Virus record (IMG/VR): IMGVR_UViG_3300037149_000068 | Location: 1 to 24,878 of that record | Source of the DNA: a virus | Lineage: Duplodnaviria > Caudoviricetes | Strand: one strand, 5' to 3' | DNA: 24,878 nt | Part shown: piece by piece, positions 7,394 to 15,619 of the stretch | Layout: each line of letters opens with the position of its first letter | How positions within the stretch are numbered: position 1 is the first letter of the stretch | Position numbers and translations under genes: made by a program | Notes under the pieces: model-generated | The model's input: only the letters and a program-made list of their open reading frames with translations | What the model was told of the DNA's origin: nothing | Databases searched by the model: none

Positions 7394-9082
7394 ATGGGCC
7401 TCCTTTCCCGCGTCCGCTCCGCCTTCACCGGCCCTGAAACCCGGGCGTCCGTGTCCTTCAGCGCCGGCGCCACCTTCGAACCCAAGCGCCAGGCGCCCAT
7501 GGGCGTCACCACCTTCGAAGCACCGGTCAAGGCCAAGCGTGCCGTGGGCGCCGGCATCGGTGCCTTCTACACCGGCGCCACGATGTACGGCGGCGGGTTC
7601 CTCATGGCCATGCGGTCCAAGGATGAGGAGATCCGCCGGGACGCCCTGGCCCTGCGGGCCAACTCCAGGCGCCTGGCCAACAACAACCCGTTCATGCGTC
7701 ACTACCTCCGGCTGCTGGGCAACAACGTGGTGGGCCCCAATGGCGTCACCATGCAGAGCCTGTTCAAAAGCAAGTCCACCGGGGTGAAGCGCGACCCCTA
7801 CGTCACCAAGATCGAGGGCGCCTGGCAGGACTGGTGCAAGCCAGGGAACTGTGACATGTCCGGCCGCTACTCATTCCAGGATGTGTGCCGTCTCTTTGTG
7901 CGCACCCTCGCCCTCGACGGCGAGTGCTTCATCCGGATCGTTCGGGGCGCACCCAACAAATTCGGGTTCTCACTGGCGTTCCTGGATGCGGATCTGCTCG
8001 ACCACACCTACAGCCGGTCCGGCAGCCCTGGGGTCAACCCGATCGTCATGGGCATCGAGATGGATACCTATGGCAAGCCCGTGGCGTACCACTTCACCGA
8101 TCCCAAACTGATCCGGAACGGCATGGTGGGCGGCTGGGCCTACGGCCAGAAAATCATCATCCCGGCGGACCAGATCATCCACGGCCTGGACCCCGACAGG
8201 GCCATCCAGTCCCGAGGCGTCCCGGCCTGCGCCAGCGTGATGTACATCCTCAGCATGCTCGGCCACTACTGGGAAGCGGAAGTCGCCTGCGCCCGCCACG
8301 AAAGCGAGCGCCCCGGCATCCTTAAGAGCCCCAACGGCGCCATTGATGAGCACGGCGACGATGACGACCGGGAGGAGCGCAGCGCCCTGGTGGATCCCAT
8401 CCTGGCTGCGCAGAACCTGGGTGGCAACTCCACCGGCATCGCGTACATGGGCCTCCCGGCCGGCATTGATGTCGAGTTCCCGGACGTCAAGCACCCCAGC
8501 ACGGCGTTCGAGGCTTTCAGCAAGTCCATGCTCAAGGGCATCGCGTCTGGCCTGGGCGTGGCCTACCACGAGCTGGCCGGAGACCTGACCAGCGTCTCTT
8601 TCAGCTCCATCCGGCAGGGCACCATCAGCCAGCATGAGAGCTTCCAGGAGCAGCAGACCCGGCTCATCCAGACCTTGTGCGATCGGGCCCACGCGGAATT
8701 CATGCTGAGTGCCTGGATCCACGGGGTGCTCAAGATGCCCGCCGGAGTGACCCTGGAGCAGTTCAGCGCTCATAAGTTCCACCCCCGCGGCTGGGACTGG
8801 GTCGACCCCCGGGCCGACAGCGCCGCGGACCTGGAATCCATCGCGGGCGCCGTGAACACCCGGACCGCGGTCCTGGCCAAGAAGGGCCTGGACTGGGAGG
8901 ACGTGGCCTACCAGCTCAAGGATGAGCAAGACCTGATCGACGCCCTGGAACTCAGGGTCGGCCCGCTGATTCAGGCCCCGGCCCCGGCCGGGAAGAACGA
9001 TGGCGAGACCGACGGCGAGCCGGGCGTGAACAAGGACGGCGAGGACACCAATTCCCCCAAGGAGGGAACCGATGGAAAGTAG
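7394..9082 (+). CDS. Portal protein, lambda family
   Basis: LRANSRRLANNNP, NVVGPNG, DGECF, QSRGVP, LGVAYHELAGDLTSVSFSSIRQG and WDWVDP motifs. Confidence 0.96.
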   Translation: MGLLSRVRSAFTGPETRASVSFSAGATFEPKRQAPMGVTTFEAPVKAKRAVGAGIGAFYTGATMYGGGFLMAMRSKDEEIRRDALALRANSRRLANNNPFMRHYLRLLGNNVVGPNGVTMQSLFKSKSTGVKRDPYVTKIEGAWQDWCKPGNCDMSGRYSFQDVCRLFVRTLALDGECFIRIVRGAPNKFGFSLAFLDADLLDHTYSRSGSPGVNPIVMGIEMDTYGKPVAYHFTDPKLIRNGMVGGWAYGQKIIIPADQIIHGLDPDRAIQSRGVPACASVMYILSMLGHYWEAEVACARHESERPGILKSPNGAIDEHGDDDDREERSALVDPILAAQNLGGNSTGIAYMGLPAGIDVEFPDVKHPSTAFEAFSKSMLKGIASGLGVAYHELAGDLTSVSFSSIRQGTISQHESFQEQQTRLIQTLCDRAHAEFMLSAWIHGVLKMPAGVTLEQFSAHKFHPRGWDWVDPRADSAADLESIAGAVNTRTAVLAKKGLDWEDVAYQLKDEQDLIDALELRVGPLIQAPAPAGKNDGETDGEPGVNKDGEDTNSPKEGTDGK

Positions 9083-10949
9083 GTCGATCAAGGGCATCCA
9101 GTATCGAACCGTCGCGCTGGACCGGGCTGCGGTCAACCGGGAGGCCCGAACGGTCCGAGTGGCCATTTCCAGCGAGACTCCGGTGGAACGCTGGTTCGGG
9201 GTGGAAACCCTGGGGCATTCCCCCGGCGAGGTTGATCTGTCCCGAATGCAGAACGGCGCGGCCGCCCTGGTGGGCCACGACACGGATCAGCATTTCGGTG
9301 TCCTGGAAAACGTCACCCTGGACCCGGACAGGGTCATGCGGGGTGACATGCGGTTCTCCCGCTCCCAGCAGGGAGAGGACCTGCTCAACGATGTCGAGGA
9401 TGGGATCCGCTCCAAGATCAGCGTCGGCTACCGGATCAACGACTACCAGACCACCAAGGGCATCGGTGACGCCCCGGACCAGGTCCGCATAACCTCCTGG
9501 ACCCCCATGGAAGCCTCTCTGGTCGCCATTCCCGCTGATGACCGCGTCGGCGTCGGCCGCTCCCTCGACCCCAATTCCCAGGCCCCGGAAATGTCCGGCA
9601 CCCGGGACCTCAACACCAACGGCCAGCAGGCCAATCACGAAAGGAGTTCCGCCATGCCGGAACCTATCACCGCGCCTGTCAGCCAGGCCGTCGCCCAGAC
9701 CCCCGATGAAATCCGGGCCGCTGCCATGAACGAGGCCCTGGAGCTCCAGAACGCCGGCGCCCGCCTGGGCCTGGAAAAGGAGGTCCGCGAGGCCCTGGGC
9801 CGCGGGCTGAGCGGGGACGCGGTCCGCAAGATGATCACGGACAAGCTCGTCGAGCGCGGTGGCAACCCGTTCTCCACCCCCGCGGCCGCGGTGCAGCTGA
9901 CCGAAAAGGAACAGCGGTCCTACTCCATCGCCCGGGCGATCATGGCGCAGGCGACCAACACTTCCTGCTTCGAGCGCGAGGTCAGCCAGGAGGTGAGCAA
10001 GAAGCTCGGGCGGGAAGCCCGGGGTATCTACGTGCCGACGACCCTGGGCATGAAGCGCTCCCTGGATGCCACCGTCCAGGCGACCGCTCAGGGGCTGATC
10101 TCCCAGGAGCCGGTGACCTTCATCGAGTTCCTGTACGCGGCCCTGGCCCTGCGGAAGTGCGGCGCCACCTTCCTGCCGGGGTGCGTGGGGAATATTCCCT
10201 TCGCCCGGCAGATCTCCACCCCCGGCATCACCTGGACCGGCGACGATCCCACCCTTGCGGTGGCCAACGGCGACCAGATCCTGCAGGTGTTCACCATGTC
10301 GCCCAAGCAGGCCATGGCGAAGCGGCAGTATTCCAAGCAGCTGCTGACCCAGACCGCGGGCTTCGCGGACACGTACGTCATGAACGACCTGGCGCAGAGC
10401 CACGCCCTGGGAATCGATCTGGCCGGGCTGTTCGGGGCCGGAACCTCCAACCAGCCCATGGGCGTGGCCAACCAGACCGGGCTGACCGTGGTGCCCATCG
10501 CCACCAATGGCGCGGCCCCGACCTTCGCCAATACGGTCGCGCTGGAAACGGCGGTCGCCCTGGCCAACGTGGACACCACCAACGCTGCCTATCTCACCAA
10601 CACCAAGGTGCGCGGCGTGCTCAAGCAGACCCTGGTCGCGCAGGCGGCCGGCAGCAAGATGGTCTGGGAGACGGAGGCCAACGGGAAGGGGACCGTCAAC
10701 GGCTACGATGCCTGGGTCACCAACCAGGTCCCCTACAACCTCACCAAGGGCACCGGCACCGGTCTCTCCGCCATCCTGTATGGCGCCTGGCGCGAGCTGA
10801 TCATCGCGGAGTGGGGCGCCCTGGACCTCGTGACGGATCCCTACACCCTCGCCGACCAGGGCCTGATCCGGGTCATCTCCACTCAGCTGGTGGACGTCAA
10901 CCAGCGGCACATCCAGAGCTTCGCGGCCATCCTCGACGCCCAGTGCTAG
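9072..10949 (+). CDS. Prohead protease-scaffold-major capsid protein fusion (HK97 fold)
   Basis: N-terminal HK97-type protease (SSETPVERWFG, LVGHD, KISVGY, EASLVAIPAD) and C-terminal capsid (YSIARAI, NGYDAWVTNQVP, LDLVTDPYT, RHIQSF). Confidence 0.93.
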   Translation: MESRSIKGIQYRTVALDRAAVNREARTVRVAISSETPVERWFGVETLGHSPGEVDLSRMQNGAAALVGHDTDQHFGVLENVTLDPDRVMRGDMRFSRSQQGEDLLNDVEDGIRSKISVGYRINDYQTTKGIGDAPDQVRITSWTPMEASLVAIPADDRVGVGRSLDPNSQAPEMSGTRDLNTNGQQANHERSSAMPEPITAPVSQAVAQTPDEIRAAAMNEALELQNAGARLGLEKEVREALGRGLSGDAVRKMITDKLVERGGNPFSTPAAAVQLTEKEQRSYSIARAIMAQATNTSCFEREVSQEVSKKLGREARGIYVPTTLGMKRSLDATVQATAQGLISQEPVTFIEFLYAALALRKCGATFLPGCVGNIPFARQISTPGITWTGDDPTLAVANGDQILQVFTMSPKQAMAKRQYSKQLLTQTAGFADTYVMNDLAQSHALGIDLAGLFGAGTSNQPMGVANQTGLTVVPIATNGAAPTFANTVALETAVALANVDTTNAAYLTNTKVRGVLKQTLVAQAAGSKMVWETEANGKGTVNGYDAWVTNQVPYNLTKGTGTGLSAILYGAWRELIIAEWGALDLVTDPYTLADQGLIRVISTQLVDVNQRHIQSFAAILDAQC

Positions 10950-10955
10950 CCGCTT

Positions 10956-10993
10956 GAGGGGGCGGGAGTCACCCCGGCCCCTCGCTTCTTTCT
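10956..10993 (+). terminator. Probable intrinsic terminator/attenuator after capsid gene
   Basis: GAGGGGGCGGG/CCCGGCCCCTC stem with one mismatch, followed by GCTTCTTTCT. Confidence 0.6.
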
Positions 10994-11020
10994 GACGCCC
11001 CATCAACCAGGAGAATCGCC

Positions 11021-11182
11021 ATGCAAGTGCAGATCACCGCCCATACCCGCGTCCTCGGGGAGACCGTTGCCCCGGATGAGATCGTGGACATCCCCGACTC
11101 CGAGGCCAAGACCCTGTTTAGCGTCGGGAAGGCCGTGCCCTACGCGGCCCCGGCCACCCCCGCCGTCGAGGTCATCAAGTAG
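11021..11182 (+). CDS. Small post-capsid protein (53 aa; possible packaging/head accessory), absent from the ORF track
   Basis: AGGAG RBS. Translates MQVQITAHTRVLGETVAPDEIVDIPDSEAKTLFSVGKAVPYAAPATPAVEVIK and fills the gap before the next gene. Confidence 0.8.
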   Translation: MQVQITAHTRVLGETVAPDEIVDIPDSEAKTLFSVGKAVPYAAPATPAVEVIK

Positions 11183-11184
11183 CC

Positions 11185-11481
11185 ATGCCGAACCTCGCCC
11201 AGGATGCCCGCAGCATGATGCTCGATTTCGGTGAACCTGTGACCTTGGCCTCTGGGCTTGTGGTCAAGGGGATCCCGGGCGTGGCGTCCGTGGAGGACAC
11301 CGTGGTGTGCGAGAACGTCACCGCCGGCCGCACCCGGACGCTCCGATTCGCATCTGCGGACGTTCCAGACCTACAGCCCACCCGGGACACCCTCACCTGG
11401 AACGGCCAGCCCTGGCTGGTCGTGCACGTCCAGCTCGCGGGCGCTGGCAACGTCACGCGCGCCTTTCTGGGAGCGCCATGA
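11185..11481 (+). CDS. Head-tail joining/closure protein (gpFII-like)
   Basis: 98 aa with DFGEPVTL and DTLTWNGQPWLV. Neck position. Confidence 0.75.
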   Translation: MPNLAQDARSMMLDFGEPVTLASGLVVKGIPGVASVEDTVVCENVTAGRTRTLRFASADVPDLQPTRDTLTWNGQPWLVVHVQLAGAGNVTRAFLGAP

Positions 11482-11894
11482 TCACCCTGCAGCAGTTGAT
11501 CCGATATGCCATGGTTGGCGCCATCCACGAGACCACTGGGTATGTTGCCTACCTCTCGCCCCGGACGGACCTGGGCGTTTCCCTGCTCCCGGCCATCTGC
11601 ATCTACTCCCACGGCGACAAGGCGACCAATGAGGACTCCGATTCAACACGGCCTCACCCCCGGATCTACTCCGTAGCCGTGGACTACACCGGGGTGGGGC
11701 GCTCTGCCGAGGACAGCACGGACGCCATGGCTCGGCTCATCCGCAAGGCCCTGCTTTCCGACAGCACGCAGGGCGGACTCGCGGCCCTGACCACCTGGTC
11801 CACCCAGGAGTGGGGGGGCACCGAGGGCGAAGTCCCGCTGTCCGGCACGGTCCTGATCTTCAACTTCAAGTACATGTGGCGCCCGGACTGGTAG
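11478..11894 (+). CDS. Tail terminator protein (gpU-like)
   Basis: 138 aa from ATG 11478 (ATGA overlap), with LPAICIY and IRKALLSDSTQGGLA. Precedes the tail tube gene. Confidence 0.72.
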   Translation: MITLQQLIRYAMVGAIHETTGYVAYLSPRTDLGVSLLPAICIYSHGDKATNEDSDSTRPHPRIYSVAVDYTGVGRSAEDSTDAMARLIRKALLSDSTQGGLAALTTWSTQEWGGTEGEVPLSGTVLIFNFKYMWRPDW

Positions 11895-11928
11895 CCATCC
11901 ACCCCGCCCCCTCAGAGGAGAATCCCCA

Positions 11929-12603
11929 ATGACCCAGGCCCTTTTCGCGAGCATCAACCAGGCGTTCGAGAACCATGCCCCGGGGAAAGTCTACCTTTTC
12001 CCCTATCCGGCCGCTGACCCCGGAGGCGCCACCCCGACCAATACCACCCGGATTGACGCGTACCTGGCGGACATCTTCGGAGAGGACGCGACGTTCCATA
12101 CCATCAGCGCGAAGGCCTGGGGGGACGTGGACGAGAACGGCCTGAACGCCGACGTGAAGAACGACACCATCGAGTTCCCGCACAATGACGGCTCCGCCCC
12201 CGGCAGCGTCCCGGGCGCCATCAAGTCCGCCACTCTGGAATTCGCGATCTATGACTGCGACGCCGCCCACATCGCGGACATGATGGGCCTGGCCGCTGCC
12301 GACCTCCTCACCATCGCTGCGACCGCCACCACCGCCGGGCGCCAGGCTGCCCTGCTGGCGGTCCCCGACGCCAGTCAGAAGTGGATGGTCATCTACGTCG
12401 CCCAATCCGCGACCCCGGGCGAGTGGGACCTGTATGTCTGGCCCCGGTGCAACTTCACCAACGCCCCGGCCATCAAATACAGCGTCAAGGACAAGCTGTC
12501 CATGAAGTGCCAGATGGCGTGCAACCCCGACCTGTTCCTGGTGGACAGCCGAGGGCGGGGTGTTTTCTCCGTGCCCATCACCGTCAACGCTCCGGTAGCC
12601 TAG
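11929..12603 (+). CDS. Major tail tube protein
   Basis: 224 aa, GAGGAG RBS, beta-rich. Lies between the terminator and chaperone genes; no sheath gene present. Confidence 0.75.
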   Translation: MTQALFASINQAFENHAPGKVYLFPYPAADPGGATPTNTTRIDAYLADIFGEDATFHTISAKAWGDVDENGLNADVKNDTIEFPHNDGSAPGSVPGAIKSATLEFAIYDCDAAHIADMMGLAAADLLTIAATATTAGRQAALLAVPDASQKWMVIYVAQSATPGEWDLYVWPRCNFTNAPAIKYSVKDKLSMKCQMACNPDLFLVDSRGRGVFSVPITVNAPVA

Positions 12604-12605
12604 CC

Positions 12606-13034
12606 ATGGCGGTTACCCTCAGCACGCGCCGCCTGGAACTGGCGCTCCCCCTGATCGCCCCGCTGTCCGCCCTCATGGACGCTCGGGCCAAGGTCAAGGG
12701 GGGCGACCCCTCCGCCATGCCCGCGCTCATGAATGCCATGGGCGACAGCGGGACCACGAAAGCAGTCCGGCAGCTCGCCGCCATTTCCGCCGCTTCTGAC
12801 AATGAGCTGGAGCAAGCGGATAAAGACTCGCTCTTCATGGCCAAGCTCGTGGCTGATGCCGCCCAGCGCCCTTACGTGGATGCCCTTGGTGACGCCCTGT
12901 CGCTTTTTGGCTTTGTGCTGGGTGCCTACGGCGTCACCCCCAGCTATTTGAGCAACGACGCCGCCCCCGCCGTGGATTCGACGAACCAGCCGCCCCCGAC
13001 GGACACGGGCCCCGCTTCCCCATCCGCAGGCTGA
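12606..13034 (+). CDS. Tail assembly chaperone (gpG-like)
   Basis: 142 aa helical protein from ATG 12606, between tube and tape measure genes. Confidence 0.72.
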   Translation: MAVTLSTRRLELALPLIAPLSALMDARAKVKGGDPSAMPALMNAMGDSGTTKAVRQLAAISAASDNELEQADKDSLFMAKLVADAAQRPYVDALGDALSLFGFVLGAYGVTPSYLSNDAAPAVDSTNQPPPTDTGPASPSAG

Positions 13035-13228
13035 TCAGCTCCAGGGCAGGGGGCTGGGAGATCGCTGCCCAGCTCCCGGCTGATGACGCCCTGGTCCTGC
13101 TGCAGGACCACCTGCGAGAGGAGTCGCACCGGGCCCTCCGCCATGCCCTCGCCTGCTGGCACTCCGCACTTGGCCTATACGCCAACGGCGGCAAACCTCC
13201 CGATCCACCCAAGCTCACCGATTACTGA
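13007..13228 (+). CDS. gpT-like extension reached by -1 ribosomal frameshift (shift point uncertain)
   Basis: The -1 frame is open 12893-13228 with no ATG (...RFPIRRLISSRAGGWEIAAQLPADDALVLLQDHL...KLTDY) and ends 6 nt before the tape measure start. Confidence 0.72.
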   Translation, partial: GPRFPIRRLISSRAGGWEIAAQLPADDALVLLQDHLREESHRALRHALACWHSALGLYANGGKPPDPPKLTDY

Positions 13229-13234
13229 GGACTC

Positions 13235-15619
13235 ATGGCCAACGAACTGAAAGTAGTGATCACGGGCGATGCGGGCGACGCCATGCTGGTCCTCGATCGG
13301 TTCCAGGACAGCATCAAGAAGACCGCCAGGACCGCCCAGGACGCAGGTAGCACCCTGGAGCAGTTCGGCGATGGGTTCGCGAAAAGCGCCTTGGCCTTCG
13401 GTTCCGCCGCGAGCCTGGGGGCCATGGCTGCGAACCAGATGGTTCAGGCCATCAAGGGTGCAGCCAACGCCTTCCCAGAGGCTGCTGCCCACACGCTCGC
13501 TGTGGCCCGGACCTTCGAAGGTCTGGCCTTCCAGACCGGGGAGTCCCTCGACCAGTTGAACGTCTTCGACGCCACGATGAAGCTCACGGGCGGCAGCATC
13601 GAGCAGCTCGGGGACTGGCTCACGGGCGTCACGCGCTCCATGAAGTCCAACAGTGAGGTATTCGTCGCCAATGGGATCGCGGCTTCTCAGGCAGCCCTCC
13701 TGCAGATGAAGCCGATCGACGTGATGCGGGCCTCCCTATCCGTCATCGAATCGTGCACCGACAAGAACCGGCAGCTGATTCTGACCCAGGAGCTCCTGGG
13801 CCGGGGGGCCATCAACGAAATCCCCCAGATGCGCAGGTTCTTCGACACTCTGGGGGAAGGGCAGGCGGCCTTCGACAAATACGGCCGGGGCATCGATCCG
13901 AACATCACGGAGAAGATGAAGGCCATGGAACGCCGCTCCGGCGAACTGGCCATCGCCCTGGATGCCCTCCAGAAGCAGGCGGCCCTGAGTTATGAGCCGT
14001 GGGACCGGTTCTTCGCGTGGATGAACCAGGGGTTCCTCCACGTGGCCAAGTTCGCCATGGACGCAGTGGACGGTGCTGTCTACTACACCGTTCACGCGTT
14101 CAGCAAGCTGAATGGCCTGTTTAACTTCAGCAAGCCAGGACAGGTCAACACCAGCGCCCACGACGCGGACACCTCCCCCGCCTCCCCCAGCAAACAGCCC
14201 CAAACCAAGGAGGAGATCGACGCCGAGCGCGAGGCGAAGAAGAAGGCGGATGAGGTGGCACGGGAAGCTGCCAGGAAGGGTGCTGAGGCCAAGAAAGAGG
14301 CGGAGCGCAAGGCAGCGGAAGCAGCGAAGACCAGCATGGAGGTGCAGCTCAACCTCCAGGAGCAGCTGAACCACCTGCGGGCCGAAGACACGAAGACCCT
14401 GGACAGTACGTCCATCAAGCAGAAGCAGGCCCAGAAAGATGCCGAGGCCCTGGCCAAGCTGCAAGAGGACTATCACAAGATCTACACCGAGGTCGAAAAG
14501 AGCAACACCCCTGGATCCCAGGACGCAGCAGCGCAGGCCAGGGTCGCAGCGAAGAAGGTCTACACCGACACCCTGCTGCAGGACCAGCGGGAGGCTGATG
14601 CCGCCCAGATCGCTGAGGACGCGGCAACCAAGGCGGCCCTCAAGGCTGCCGACGACAAGGCCTTCGAAAACTTGAAGAAGTCCCTGGCCCAGCAGTCGGA
14701 GATCCAGGGAAAGATGTCGCGCGGGCAGATTGAGGAGCGGCTCAAGGCTGCCACTGCCAAGGGTGGATCGGACGCCCACGCAGCCCTGCAGTACATGGTT
14801 GAGGCGCACTGGAACGGGACCGCTGCTGGCGGTGCTGAGGCGGGCATGCGGGACTTCATCGCCAAGGGCGATGGACTGTTCAACGAATTTCGCTCCACCA
14901 CCCTGGGCGTCATGGACCAGATCCAGGGCGGCGTCGCGAAATCCATCCAGAGCATCGTGGAGGGCACGGCCAAGGGTGGCCAGGCCATGCGCACCCTGGC
15001 GAAGGGTATCGAAAGCAGCATCATCGGCGCTCTGGCCAAGATGGCTGCCCAGTACCTGATGACCGCCGCTGCCGGTGCCGCGTTCGGCAGCACGCTCACG
15101 GTGGCCAACGCTGCCCAGACCAGTTCCGCGGAGGCCCTGGCCACTGCCGAGATCTGGGCCAGTTGGGCACCCCTCAGCCTGGTGGGTGGTGAGGCGGCGG
15201 CTCTGGCTGAGATCGCAGTCATGACCGGAAGCATCGCTGGGGCGTCCAAGGCACCTGCGGTGGCGTCGGGGACCGGTGGTGCGTTCGCCGTGGGTGGCCT
15301 GATCGACACCCCCACCCTAGCCCTAATGGGTGAGGCGGGCCCTGAGCTGGTGGCACCAGAGCATGACTTCCAGGACTGGGCCCACGCGAACCAGAATCTG
15401 GGTTACAACCTGGCGTCCCACGCCTCGCAGGTGTCGAGCCTGAACCGTGCTGCAGGCAGCTATGGCAGCCAGGCCCTGGCATCGAACGGTGGCAGTGTCC
15501 CTGGCCCGATGCACAACGACTTCCGGGGCGCGGTGTTCGCGAGCACCACCGAAGGACAGCGTGCCTTTGATAAAGCCATCAACGCCAGCAACGTCCGAAT
15601 CGGGAAGGCCACCTCTTGA
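13235..15619 (+). CDS. Tail tape measure protein
   Basis: 794 aa Ala-rich helical protein with N-terminal ELKVVITGDA and C-terminal FAVGGLIDTPTLALMGEAGPELVAP. Confidence 0.93.
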   Translation: MANELKVVITGDAGDAMLVLDRFQDSIKKTARTAQDAGSTLEQFGDGFAKSALAFGSAASLGAMAANQMVQAIKGAANAFPEAAAHTLAVARTFEGLAFQTGESLDQLNVFDATMKLTGGSIEQLGDWLTGVTRSMKSNSEVFVANGIAASQAALLQMKPIDVMRASLSVIESCTDKNRQLILTQELLGRGAINEIPQMRRFFDTLGEGQAAFDKYGRGIDPNITEKMKAMERRSGELAIALDALQKQAALSYEPWDRFFAWMNQGFLHVAKFAMDAVDGAVYYTVHAFSKLNGLFNFSKPGQVNTSAHDADTSPASPSKQPQTKEEIDAEREAKKKADEVAREAARKGAEAKKEAERKAAEAAKTSMEVQLNLQEQLNHLRAEDTKTLDSTSIKQKQAQKDAEALAKLQEDYHKIYTEVEKSNTPGSQDAAAQARVAAKKVYTDTLLQDQREADAAQIAEDAATKAALKAADDKAFENLKKSLAQQSEIQGKMSRGQIEERLKAATAKGGSDAHAALQYMVEAHWNGTAAGGAEAGMRDFIAKGDGLFNEFRSTTLGVMDQIQGGVAKSIQSIVEGTAKGGQAMRTLAKGIESSIIGALAKMAAQYLMTAAAGAAFGSTLTVANAAQTSSAEALATAEIWASWAPLSLVGGEAAALAEIAVMTGSIAGASKAPAVASGTGGAFAVGGLIDTPTLALMGEAGPELVAPEHDFQDWAHANQNLGYNLASHASQVSSLNRAAGSYGSQALASNGGSVPGPMHNDFRGAVFASTTEGQRAFDKAINASNVRIGKATS

